From contig MU271495.1 of assembly GCA_021432655.1 (NCBI GenBank), forward strand, positions 1 through 52,975: a stretch of DNA of 52,975 nucleotides. The letters are read 5' to 3'. Of this stretch, positions 12,987 through 24,896 are shown piece by piece. Both the position numbers and the translations under genes were made by a program. Each line of letters begins with the position of its first letter. Positions within the stretch are counted from its first letter, which is position 1. This stretch comes from Atractiella rhizophila (lineage: Eukaryota). The notes under the pieces were generated by a model. It was not told where the DNA came from, made no database searches, and saw only the letters and a program-made list of their open reading frames with translations.

Positions 12987-15900
12987 ATGACACGACCAGC
13001 TCAGTCGCGCTCGTCAAGCGCGCATTCCGTCAAGTCAAACGGTGGACGCCGTTCAGCGATGGGGATGCGCGTCGATGATGAGCGACAACTCGACTTTTGT
13101 AATGCCTTTTGGAACCCAGGGGGAGTGGAGAATCTGTTGGATAGGATGAAGGGCGGGGGGAAAGTACTGAATGAACTGGGAAAGTGGTTTGATGAACGGT
13201 AGGTCCAGTCCCACAACTTGTTATGGGCGGCTCGGTCGCATGATAATGAAGCGGGAGCTTTGTGGCACCACTCTGCTGCATAGAATATCTCTTCGATTGC
13301 TCCCAATAGCTAGTTTACCTTTTTTTTCTGCGCGTCAAGCGGTTTGTCTTAGCCTTGTTTCATGTTCACCGCCGTCCATTAGTGCTGGAGGTGCGCGACG
13401 TGTACTGTTCGCATGAGCGCGTCTTTCGCTTCCACTCTGGTGTCTTGCATACTGTTCCTCATTTCTGCTTATCATACGACTGGCTCGAAATATTTGCGAA
13501 TCACCAATCGTAAATGTCTCCGCGGCAGTTTGCAGAATCTGGCATGCAAAATCACGCGCCCAGACCTTCATTGCATCATGAACATCTATGTCGGCATTTT
13601 TTTGTCCAAGGGTGTCTACCTGATTCACTTCCAACGCTGATAACATGTCACCTTCAGCGCCTCGATAGAGGAAGATTATGCCAAACGCCTACACAAACTT
13701 TCAAAAAACACTCTAGGTTCGCACGAGATCGGAACGCTCAAAAGCGCATTTGATCACGTCCGCACCGAACTTGCACACTATGCTCAATCCCATCTCGAGC
13801 TCGCAAAAATCATCAAGACCCAACTCGAAGGTGGAGTAAAGGGTTTTGCGAACCGGAGGGAAGAGGTGAAGAAGGCACCACAACAAGGAATAGAGAAGAG
13901 TTACAAGCTGAAAAGGACACAGGAAGATCTGGCTTTCAAGGTGGGTTTCAAGATTCTCGATGTTACTAAGCGCTCATGAGATCGTATGCGAAAAGGCTAG
14001 AAAGAAGTTTGAGGACGATTGTATTACGATTAATGGATTGACGGCCCAGACGAGTTTAATTCAAGGAAGGGACCTGGATAAGGTGGGAGCTAAATTGGAT
14101 AAAGTCAATCAGACGGTGCAGGTCAATGGTTAGTTCGCGTTCCTGCTCAGAAGTTGGATTGACACGTTAGAACAGAGAAGGAATATTCGACCCATATCAG
14201 CGCGCTTAAAGACTCAACTTTCAAGTGGAATATGGATTGGAAGAGTTTCTGCGACGTGGGTCATCTCCTCTCGAGCAGATTAGCTGACGCTGAGGGGGAT
14301 TCTGCAGTTGTGTCAGGATTTGGAGGAGGAACGAGTGGACTTCGTGAAGGTCGTCTTATGGGATTACGCGAATGCGATTTCTACCGTCTGCATAGCGGAC
14401 GATGAGGTACGTTATGGCATTTCTCCCTAGGTTCAGACTGATAATGAATGGAAAAGTCTTGTGAACGTGTACGGGTTGCCCTTGAAAATTGCGATACGGC
14501 ACGAGACATTCGCCACTTCGTCCGACAACACGGGACAGGAAATGCGATTGATGGTTCTTTTCCGATTACATCTCACCTTCTGCACTGACTTCTTATATCA
14601 GATCCACCACCATACATCAACTTTGCGAAAGGCGAAACAGTTCCCCTTAAGCCCACCTTCTCGCTGGCAAACTTCTCCCGCTCCTCTACGCACACAAAGG
14701 TGCAAACATCACTTACAGCAGTCCAAGACCTAGTAGCCGCCATCCGTTCCCGACCAAACACCCCCGCTCCCCCTCCCCCAGAACAACCTACCGCTCCAAT
14801 ACCTCCCTCTTCTCCTGCTCCCCAACCATCGAAACCAGCTCAACCATACCCCATAAACACAGCACCGGTTCCCATCCAGCCGCCACTCGAAGAAAGAAAC
14901 GATATGTTCGATGACCTGCAAACACCTGTTGCGAACCCGAATCCGAGCCCGCCAGAGTTGGATAGAGGACGAAGCGATAGTGTGGTTTCTCGTGGAGCAA
15001 CAATAGCGACTAAAGCGACCGTTGGCACGGGAACGCCCAACAAGGCGAATACGCCAATGGAAGCTATCCAAGCCGCTGTTGAGAGGGGCACCCCACAAGC
15101 TCAGCCTCAGCCTCAGATTCCGAAGGTTATACCTGCAGCTGCACCTCCGATGGGGAATCATAGGAGCCAGGAAAGTGTCGCCTCTGTTATCTCCGTTGCA
15201 AGTAACGCCAGTCGACCGGACCGTGCAGCTTCTCCCACGCCTTCGATTGTCAGCATGACCAGTGGAGTTGGAAGGTCGGGAAGCAAGAGGTATACTGTCG
15301 CGAGAGCTTCGGCGAGCGATATCAGACAAGCAGTAGGTGCTGCTACAGCCGGAAAATTGGAAGAGAAACCAGAAGAGGATGCTTTGGAGCAAGCACTGAA
15401 GAAATTGAAGGATGAAGCAGGAGTGAAACCACCACCCGGCGCCGTCGCACTCCCAGGAATGGCGGTCAGGACTTACAAGGGACCAGGAGGCGCAAAGACG
15501 AATGGAGTCGAGAGAGCCTCGTCGCCTTCGAAGCAACCTCAAATGGCGGGTCAACATGGGCATCCACACGCTTCCACATCCTCCTTCTCTGGTCCGTCGC
15601 CTACCCCTCCTCTGATTCCGAACCAGAACGGAAACGGAAACTACCAATCGTCCCCCGCTCCCGCCGTTCCTTATCAAGCCCATCCATCGCAGCAGCCTCA
15701 ACCTCCGCGTGCTCCATCTCCCATCGGCATCTCACTTGACGCCCACGGCCAAGTGAGAACAGACTCATATCCTACCTTGTCGCAACAACCACAACTCTCT
15801 CAACCCCCGCCGCAATCCTATCCCTTCCGTCCTCAGAGCCAAGCCAACTACCTCCCTCAAATGCCTAGCTATCCTCAGTTCCCGAACCCCTCAACACCAA

Positions 15901-16325
15901 CCAATGGCTACACTTCGTCGAACATGTACAATCAACAGCCTCAGTACGGACAACCCCAGCATTATGGTCAGCCAACGTATCAGCAACCGCAGTATCAGCC
16001 ATACGCAATGCAGCAACAGCAGGCGCCAAGTCCAACACCAGCTCCTCAACGCCATCCGCCTACAGGGAATTATACTGATGATGGACGTCCAATTATGTTC
16101 TATGTGAAAGCATCTTACGACTTTACGGGAGAAGAATCAACGGACTTGAAATTTTCGACTGGGGACATATTGGCGGTTGTGAAGACATTAGAGGATGGTT
16201 GGTGGGAAGGTATGACTTTGATTTCTACTCCCTCATCATCTGCTGAATGAATGCTTGCAGGTCAAAAGGTTGGAGTAGAAGGAACTGGAATGTTTCCATC
16301 CAATTTCGTCGCTCTCCTGGAGTAA
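12987..16325 (+). CDS. F-BAR/FCH + Pro-rich linker + SH3 cytokinesis protein (Cdc15/Imp2/Hof1 family)
   Basis: N-terminal DFCNAFW..LLDRMKGG..ELGKWFDER|ASIEEDYAKRL, then QDLEEERVDFVK..WDYANAISTVC..DE. C-terminal SH3: FYVKASYDFTG..DLKFSTGDILAV..DGWWEG..GMFPSNFV. Confidence 0.9.
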
Positions 16326-16559
16326 AGTTTACCATATCCTTCGTTTACGATACCCGTACCCATGGATAGCTCGTTCACGTTTATGTTCCCTTGTCCTTGC
16401 TTCGTGAGTTCATGCTGACTTCTTGTATGCTTTACTTTTACCTAAACTTCATGCGTGTGCATTGCCTGTTACTGACTACCTTACAATGACAAATAATGCT
16501 TTGTTTTCTGGTGTGTGAGCTATCCGAGTGTCTATCCTCCAGTTACAAAGTTGGGAACT

Positions 16560-18477
16560 TCAACGATTCCCACATTCAACCTTAAGAATCGTCACCCCAC
16601 TCTTCCCCCATCCCCAATCCCACATTTGATCAATTCTATCCATATCGACATGCACGCTTCTCAGCCCCAAACCATCCATTCCATCCTTCCACCCTTCCCC
16701 CTGTATCCGTGGCGGCCAAGCATCAACCTGCGCTAAGACGTATTCTGGAGCGACCAAGAGCGTCTGTTGCCCTTGCTGTCCATCTTGAGGCTGTGATAGA
16801 GGACAAAGAGTGGCGAATAGCTCTGTCTGTCCAGCACCAGCGAGGTCGGTCACACGGATGGAAGAGCGATCGTTCGAAAGGGAAGAGGGAGGGAGAGTAG
16901 GGATCAGGAGGTGGCGTGGGGGCATAAATGTTTTCCAGAACACAACGTGAGTCCTTACCCCACTCACTCCCGAGCCATCGTGTCCCTGTCCCAGTGCTCG
17001 CGCTCGCAAGTGGTCGTTGATTCTGAACATGGCTGGTAATAAACCTCCTTGATGTGTGATCCCGAAGAGCGCGAGGACGGCCGCGAAGTGGAGGACGTGA
17101 ACCACCTTCCCATAGTGTCATTTCACATAGATCAAAATGAAGACATTTGAGAGAACGAACCCAGTAAGCTGTTTTGGCGCGTCCTCGATAAGACCTCAAC
17201 TCGTCCCCTACCCATAATGCACCAGGAACGAGGAGCGGGATCAGGAAGCGAGGTTCCTGGTGTTTGCCATATGAAAGCAACAACGTTCCACAAACAACGC
17301 TCCAGTGATACACTAGGTCCTCCAACGGTCACTTTTGCGCCGCTATCAATGGAAGACTTACCGCGAGTCATCCCTTCCCCTCCCCATGCAAAGATCAACA
17401 TTTTGACAAGCATCACGGTCCACAGGACGCCAAAGAGGATGTGTCCGTTCACTAGAGCGTGTAACCAGCGCGGATGGAGGCCGTGTAGAGCTAAATTTGC
17501 TTCGTCCATATTATATTTGAGCAAGTTGAAAGGAGCAATGATCGCGAATGGGTTTGGACGCAATGTGCCAGTGAAGTAGTAGGTGTCTATAACGGAGAAT
17601 GTGGCCGCAAAGAGGAGGTAGCTGAAGATGGCAGGGGTGATGAGTCGGAGGACATGCTTGGGACTGTAACCAGGAGAGACGTCGAGGATTCGGAATGCGA
17701 TGGGAGCGTAAAAGGCGACAAAGGTCACCCTCGTCCATATGCCAAGCGCGACGACGGCTCCGAGGATGAAGAAGAGGGTGTTCCTCTTGCGCTTGGAACA
17801 AGGGAAGCCCATACATTTGACGAGGAGAAAGGAGGCGGCAAGGAGAACGGTTTCGAGGGTGTTGGAGAAAGAGCGGAGGAGGAAGGTGTAGGGGAGAGGG
17901 GACAGGAGGTAGAGCATCTTTTGGGTGCGTGAGGATGATAGCGAGAAAAATAGCGCATCTTTGCGGTTTTGAGTCAGTTGTGAGCTGTTTGGGATGGAGG
18001 ACTGACCGAGGAGGAGTGAGAGGAGAAAGTAGAATAGCCGTTGGGCGAGGAATAAGGTGCGCGCTGAGGGTGCTGTAATTCCATCATCATCAATTTATTT
18101 ATCTTGCAACAAAGGAGCTAATGCCTAGTAAACGAGATGGGGAGCTTAAGACGCACCTTCATCCCAGATCCTCAGCAGCGCAAATGCCCACCCTGTAGTC
18201 AAAGCGACGGGGACAACGCTTCTAACCGGTCTGTCATCCGTCCATTCCCACGTCCTGACAAGTTGCGCAGCATGCTCTCCTGGGGTATTCAACACAGTTA
18301 GGGAAGTAGAGCTGGCAATGGAGACTCACCATAGTTGAAGATGTGGGCTGAGGATATTTCTGCAGACTGGAAATATTCGTCGGGGTGGATGTAGGCGGAG
18401 GAGAAAGGGGCAAAGGCGAAGACGGCGCGGAGGATTAGCAGGGGGAGATAGACTCGACGCGGGATTGGTTTTGGCAT
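16560..18477 (-). CDS. SMP3: GPI mannosyltransferase 4 (Smp3/PIG-Z, Alg9-like GT22)
   Basis: SAYIHPDEYFQSAE, RSFSNTLET, NLALHGLHPRWLH, HQEPRFLIPL, FGITHQGGLLP and FWKTFMPPRHLL; multi-pass hydrophobic protein. Confidence 0.9.
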
Positions 18478-18748
18478 TTGTTGTGTAATAGGATCACGTG
18501 ATAACTCGGGAAGTAATTGTGTGGGCGGTTTCTTTTGTGGAATGAGAAAAGGAGAGATAAGGACAGAAGGACAGGTTTATAGAAGTTAGGCCAGTTAGCG
18601 AGGTCACCGCTTGAGGTAGAGGGATTGCGGCGTGACCACAGTTGAAAGTCCTATGTAATAGCCGATAATAGCCTTCCTCCATGATACAGTTGGTTGGTCA
18701 AAAATACTATTGCAATGCGAGAGTGCCTATTACACTCAGTTACTATCA

Positions 18749-19583
18749 TTATGCTTGCGATTGCGTCTGCGACTGATGCCATTCTCCATCCAAAATGCCC
18801 TATGTCATCCACCACCGTCATTGAACACCAGCGGCAAAGGGATTAGGAATACATACCATATAAACGTTATCCCACCACTTTCCTTCGCTCCACACAGCCT
18901 CTCTCCTCCTTCCCTCTTCCACAAATCCACTTGATTGCACGTCAGCCACCAATACAGTGTAAGGGAAGGGATTGAATAGGACGCACCACTTCTTGTAGAT
19001 ATGAATAGCGGCATCGTTCCATCCCGCCGTCTCGAGGATGACTTTTCTCTTGCATCCCTTCACGCACGCAAAAACGAGTTAAATTTCAAGAGATGAGGAA
19101 AGCAGGTGAGACGGCGCACGACGATGAAGGCCCACTCGAGAGTCCAACGGGTCATCTCCTGCGCATACCCCTTCCCGGTCTGGGAGGGAAAGACGATGAT
19201 TCCGTACTCGACCGTTCGTGCATCCGGTGGGTGTTGGTCGTGCAACTCTACGCTTCCCACTGGCGTCTCGCCGTCGAAGGCAATCAAACTGCCGCCAATG
19301 GATTAGATACTAATTGCTTCGGAGGGATAGAAGGACGAACTAGAGAAGACATTTCTTGTACACGTTCTCAATGGCTTTTTCCATCGATTCCTTCGACCTA
19401 GGCTTCGACAGCCACTTTCTATCCGCATGCTGTCAACCACCATTATTTCACTCGTCAGATTGACCGCTGTTGGCGGGGAGGGAAGCGTACCTGAAATCCG
19501 GAGAAAACGGCATCGAACATGCTCGGCTCGTAAGCCTTATAGATCAAGCGCTCAGACTTGTGAAAGTAGGCAGGGGTGGCCAT
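18749..19583 (-). CDS. GNAT acetyltransferase (RimJ/RimL-like)
   Basis: SERLIYKAY..VEYGIIVFPSQTGKGYAQE..LEWAF..WNDAAIHIYKK|GFVEEGRRREAVW contains the acetyl-CoA binding QxxGxA motif. Confidence 0.85.
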
Positions 19584-20744
19584 CGTAAATGCTTATGAGA
19601 ACGCCTGAGATGAGGACGCGCCGCTTTAAGCACCCCGATCACGAGTCACTGTTCACGGCAGGCGACTCGAGCTTCCTGTCCTGCAGCACCATCCTTGCCT
19701 GGTCGTGTATGTGAACTGAAATAACCATAGTTATGCCGCAGCTGAGACATGCTGAGATGAAATGGACACAGATATGGATTGAGCGCCTCGTACTCCACTG
19801 TCCTCTAACCTGCAGCCGTTACCCGTAACTCCAACTTCTACTTGATCCACCTCTCGTCTTGAGTTAGACAACAGGGAACCCTTAAAGGATAGCGTGGAGT
19901 ACTAGCGAAAGAGTGTATACCGTGCGTTCTTCCTTTGTGGGTGGGAGCTATCCGTTGGAGGATGCAGTATTGCTTCAAGTCCTCCCGATTATGAATTACT
20001 TCTTTCCACAAACAAAACAGCTTGAATGATGGAGGATAGGGTGGCGGGTTCTTACGAAAAAGAGCGAAGTCCTCTTGCTCGTACACTTGTTACCGTATTT
20101 GCCCTGTCTGCTCTGAACCGCTCCTTCCACTTCCGCAAAACAGCTCGATCTCATGAAGTCTTGTTCTTGTCGACATGGAGCCCCGATATTCTTGTCAATT
20201 CGACGTCTTCAGGAGACTGTGCAGCTAGTCTGCAGAAAAGACGTTTGAAGCAGTAGGAAAGAGAAGCACCCTGAGAATGAACCGATTTGTCGAAGGTGAT
20301 TTTGTTTCAGGTGCGAAATGTTGATGGACGATGACCCCGAACAAGCTCAATTTCTGCAGAATAGATCATAGCCTTTGGTCATTCTTTTGTCCTGTCTTTT
20401 ATTTGACTTGCCTTATTTTGATTTATCATAACGTTCATACTGCTTTATCTCAAATGTTATTTATTTCAGCGCATCATGTGTTGTGCGTTGTAGCCCCTAT
20501 GGAGTACCCGACACAAGGCTTTTCTAATTTAATTCAGCGTGATGTTGGTTGCCTCTGTGCCTCCGGCACCGCAGGAGTTGTGTCGTTGACGTAGCAAGCA
20601 AAACGAATATAAAGTCTGCTCGAAGATTATTTTCAAAGAGATCTTGCAGAAATGTACGCGCAGGCATTCTGGAATGGTGTTGCTGACACTGACACATATA
20701 GGTCGCGTTCGAATCTTCTTGCTTTTTCATCTCAAAATCACAAC

Positions 20745-21392
20745 ATGGCACTTCCCTTCTCCCCCCTCACAACTGCTCCCCCGTTCATAGAACCTTCCGA
20801 TTCGTCGTCAACCCCAGAAAGCTTCAGCTCGTTACCCCCAGTGCTCGAGCACTCCTCCCCCTCCGTCCATATCTCCTTTGCTCTCCCATCCTCAACAGCG
20901 GAGGTTGCAGCGACCGATACACAAAAAGAATGGAACGGCACGCTTTACCTCACCCATGCCGCCTTCTCCTTGTTTGAACCAGAGAAGGCAGAAGGGTTCT
21001 CGCTTCCATGGAGCGCCATAACGTTGCATGCTATGGACAAATCCTCGGTATATTGCCAACTTTCACAATCGACGCCAGATTCAGACATGCAGGATGAAGA
21101 GGGAGAGGAAGATATGGAGTTTGCTGAGATGTGGATCCGGCTTCGAGCGGAGGAGAGTGAAGAGGAGAAGGAGAAGGAGTTGCAGCGGATATTCGACGCT
21201 TTATCGGCTTGTGCTAGCAAACAACCTGCTGATGGAAGGAGGGCAGAGGAGATGTTTGGTGGTTTTGGAGAGGGCGGATGGATTACAGGTGATAACGCAG
21301 TGGTGGATGTGGACGGAGCGGAAGATCCTTTCGAGGATGCAGAGGAAGGAGGGGGAGGGGGAAGGGAGGAAAGAAGGTATAAACCTTACTAA
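20745..21392 (+). CDS. ICln/Lot5-like (Voldacs) PH-fold protein, single exon
   Basis: TPESFSSLPPVL, GTLYLT..GFSLPWSAITLHAM..SVYCQL, an acidic tract, IFDALSACA and GGWITGDN. First ATG with good context is at 20745. Confidence 0.85.
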   Translation: MALPFSPLTTAPPFIEPSDSSSTPESFSSLPPVLEHSSPSVHISFALPSSTAEVAATDTQKEWNGTLYLTHAAFSLFEPEKAEGFSLPWSAITLHAMDKSSVYCQLSQSTPDSDMQDEEGEEDMEFAEMWIRLRAEESEEEKEKELQRIFDALSACASKQPADGRRAEEMFGGFGEGGWITGDNAVVDVDGAEDPFEDAEEGGGGGREERRYKPY

Positions 21393-21958
21393 TTAGCGGA
21401 TGTTGGTGTGGGTTGGTGTTTCGTCTTTATCAGTGGCGAGGTATGCAGCGGACAAAAGAGAGTTGAAAGGAAGAATATGTATATGTGTGTGCGCTCCATT
21501 TCCGCTTCCTCTTAGCTGACTGAACCGTAGGTGAATAGGCGTGTCTTAACGTAAAACACAAGATGATCTAGTTAAAAAAATGCGCACAATCCCCAAGAAA
21601 AGTTGACACAGTAAATGAAAGGAATGTCAGCTTCAACACTTCAAACTGATAATAGATTCCGCAAAAATCTGTAGGCCATTGCCCGGTTTGTTCGATTCCT
21701 TCTCTCAAAAGGTTACGGGATCAGGAGTCTAGTTTGCCCATTCACCCAACATCACGCCGTTTGCAGAATTCTCAAGCTATCAGGGAAGCGGGATGAGTAA
21801 GGTGTTCTTGGAAGGTGTCCCGTTGTTGCCGTGTGAACTCACAGTGCAAGTATATAAAGGGGATTGTCCTCGGTTTCTCTCTCTAAATTTCTGTTACTAG
21901 CTTCCTTCAGTATTCAGTGCTCAGTATATTTAGTATCGATAGTAGTGCCAACCTCACG

Positions 21959-22654
21959 ATGTTCTCCCGACACCACCTCCTTATCCTTTCCCTCGTCGCA
22001 TCCAGCATCGAAGCGTTTGCGAGCAATCAGTGGACCTATTCCCGCAGATTCCAAGAGAATACCGATACCTCTGCTCAGCTTGTGTTTTCCCATCCTTCCT
22101 CTCATGATCATTCACACACCCTGATCCCATTCTCTCCCTGCGTCGGCGCGGACATTCTCGGACGCGTCCACCATGTCTCTGTTTCTCCCTGTCGTCGAGT
22201 CGCTGAACGAGGACTCGAGAACATGGCTCTCGAGGATCCCTGCGTCTTTCTCGCTGGCGAGACGTACAATATTCGTGTTTCTTTTACGACCAAAAGGAGG
22301 CTGAAGAAAAGGGATGGACCGAAGAGAGGATGGGGCAATCCGCGATTCAGCCTCGTTGCGAGAGACGATACGAAGTTTCCACCTGTTCATTATCCCTACC
22401 CTGGCCAGTCATTTGATGCTTGTAACTACATCGATTGCCCTCTGGAAAAGGAGGAGACAGCAACTCTCAGTTATGAATTCAGAACTTTGCAGCCTGTAAG
22501 TCGTCATTCAGATTGGAGTAGAGAAAAGACTCGCTGACAACATTAACATTGTTTTATGAGCTAGGCGTTCAACCACCTCTCCCTTAATGTAACTGATGGA
22601 TTAGATGGACCTTCGGTTCTCTGCTTTGGGATGGACGCGATATTTGCCAAGTAG
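21959..22654 (+). CDS. Secreted ML-domain (NPC2 / PG-PI transfer-like) lipid-binding protein
   Basis: Signal peptide MFSRHHLLILSLVASSIEA; Cys pattern FSPC..VSVSPC..DPCVFLAG..DACNYIDCPL..VLCF; one intron near 22496-22564; TATA-like TATATAAA near 21852. Confidence 0.7.
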
Positions 22655-22677
22655 TCTCAGCAGGAGAAGTAGATAGA

Positions 22678-24361
22678 TTAAGGGGTGTAAATGAATTTAG
22701 CATTCGCATACCAGTCCAGCATTGGGTTACTTCCGTCCCTACACTCTGTTCTCTCCACGTCTCCCCAACGCTCTAAGAACTTGCCGTGACTGAGAATCTC
22801 CAGTCTCTCCCCTTCCTTCCATGAGATGCCAAGGACAGCGTGGAGCTCTTGCAGCTGAGTGAAGTCGACAGGGAAGAATATGTCAAAGAAGCCTTGTTGG
22901 ACAAGGTACGTCGAACAATTTACGGTCTACCACACAGTCCCAGAGGTCAGTGCCGGTCACCTAAAAGAGACGGAGGAAGAAGACGCACATCTCCCTCGAA
23001 CCGAGTCTGCACTCTTGGTCCCAACACTCCTTGAATAGATCCAGGCAGTTCTCCCTTAGCAAAATCAGCCAGCAAGAGCCTATGGTTAGGGAAGTAGTCC
23101 CTCAGAATTTCCAAGAACCGATACATGCCAGTCGGAATGAATTCCGGCTGGCTCATGTTTGCTGCGAATGGAACATGCTGATATAGCCGTTGAACGAAAG
23201 GAGGAAGGTTGATGGGGTACGGACGGTGGGAGCGGGAAGAGAGAAGGGATGAAGACGCTACAGTGGCCATATAGCGTTTGATTAGCGGTTCTGTGATCCG
23301 CGAATAAGTGGCGAGGAATTGATGTGCAGGGGTGATGGAGATGTTGCATTGCATTGGAGTGCCGGAGGGGATCGCGTAGCGTATCTCATCATGCGGGAAG
23401 TTATCCTATGCCATCTCCGTCAATCCAGCGCAGAAGCACTGGTTGTCAAAACGCACCAACACTTCGAATCCAAGAAAGAAGCACTCTTCTTCCACCCTCG
23501 TGTCCCACTCCAAAACGCTCTTTTGCACAACATCCACCCTTTTCTCTACCTCTTTTGCCTTCCCTCTAGTGGGCGGTCGATCATTGAGTCCCATCCTCTC
23601 TATACGAGCCCTCTGCAAGCCAGCCAAATTGTCGCTAATCTCGATCGTCCGGTACTTGACCGTCCTAAATATCTCAGGTTCCTTCTCCCTCAGGTACGCG
23701 AGGAAGTCGACGGCGAAGGAGCCGTTTCCGGCTCCCATCTCGTAGACGACGAGAGGCTTATTTGGGAATGAAGACTTGTATTTGTCGACTATGAACCTGG
23801 CGATAGCCTGGGCATAATGCGGCTACTGCTCTTCGTTCACTCCTTCTGTTGCAAGGAGTAAAAAGGAAATGGACGAACCTTGAATATTTCGACAGGAGTG
23901 TGCCACACCTGTCGTCCCATCCCTTTGCCCGCTTCGAGCTCATAAGCACCAAACCTCTTCGCGACCGCCTTTTCAAACTCCCTCTCTCCCCGTACACGTC
24001 CATAATCGAAACCGCCCCAATCATCTCCCGGGTCAAAGATTGAGACTTGCTTCTCGAAGTATCCATAGGAGGGGTTGTACAGAGAATCGTGAATAAAATC
24101 TCGTGAAATCATGGACACAGAGGTTGGCGGGGAGGTGTAATTCATCAACTCTTTCTGAGTGATGTAAGGATATCGTGTCACTTCTGGCAAGTCATCAGGA
24201 GTCACGTCGAAGGGCGAGTAGTCTCGCCAATAGATTTCAGAGGAAGGGGTAACGCGACGAGTAGACTGTTTGGTGGAGGAATGGCGAATGGACAGGTGGT
24301 GAATGCAGCTGGTGGAAGGATGCAGGTGTCGAACTGTCTTGCTGGCCGTTGTTCGCATCAT
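22678..24361 (-). CDS. Mitochondrial SAM-dependent protein arginine methyltransferase NDUFAF7/MidA family
   Basis: Presequence-like N-terminus; RDFIHDSLYNPSYGYF, QVWHTPVEIFKPHYAQAIA, VYEMGAGNG, EFIPT, HRLLLADF, PRVQTRF and FFDIFFPVDF. Confidence 0.9.
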
Positions 24362-24896
24362 TTTGGTAGACCCTAGAGCATTCCAAGTCAGTGAGCTCTT
24401 CTACTCTGGCCTCCCCTCGCAGAAGGAAGTTTGTGCGATTCAACCTCGTTTTCTGGTCTCCCAAAAAGCAGAGAAGACGTTCAAAGAATCTCCTATTGCC
24501 TTCACGACGATTGAAAGGCGTAAATCCTTTCATTCTTGTTGTATGAAAAGTTGTATGCAAGGTAGAGACGCGTTCCCATTCTCCCTTGAAACAAGGCTCC
24601 ACTCACCTTTTGAGATAATTCACCAGTTCTAAGGCATTCACAAGCTCAATAATGAGCAGAATGCTGCTTTTGAAAGGCAGACAAGTCTTTATCGTCGTTG
24701 GTGTCGGAACCGAAGACGCGTTTAGGTTGGTGTTTCAGGAAGAACCAACGCATGGGATATCTCAGTCGACTATAAAAGGGCAGGTCCTTGGTTCCTACTT
24801 CCTCCTCCTCCCGTGCTCAGTGCGACCCTCCTGCGGTTCACGTTAGACTCTCGCTTAGATTTCTTCACGCCACGCTCTTTGGGGACATCAGGAAAT

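Noticed and set aside
19838..20330. Short ORFs with splice-like signals between GNAT and ICln
   Set aside because: All frames I tried are interrupted by stops; no family similarity recognised.
20745..21392. Intronless ICln gene as a retrocopy
   Set aside because: No poly(A) remnant or target-site duplication; short single-exon genes are unremarkable.
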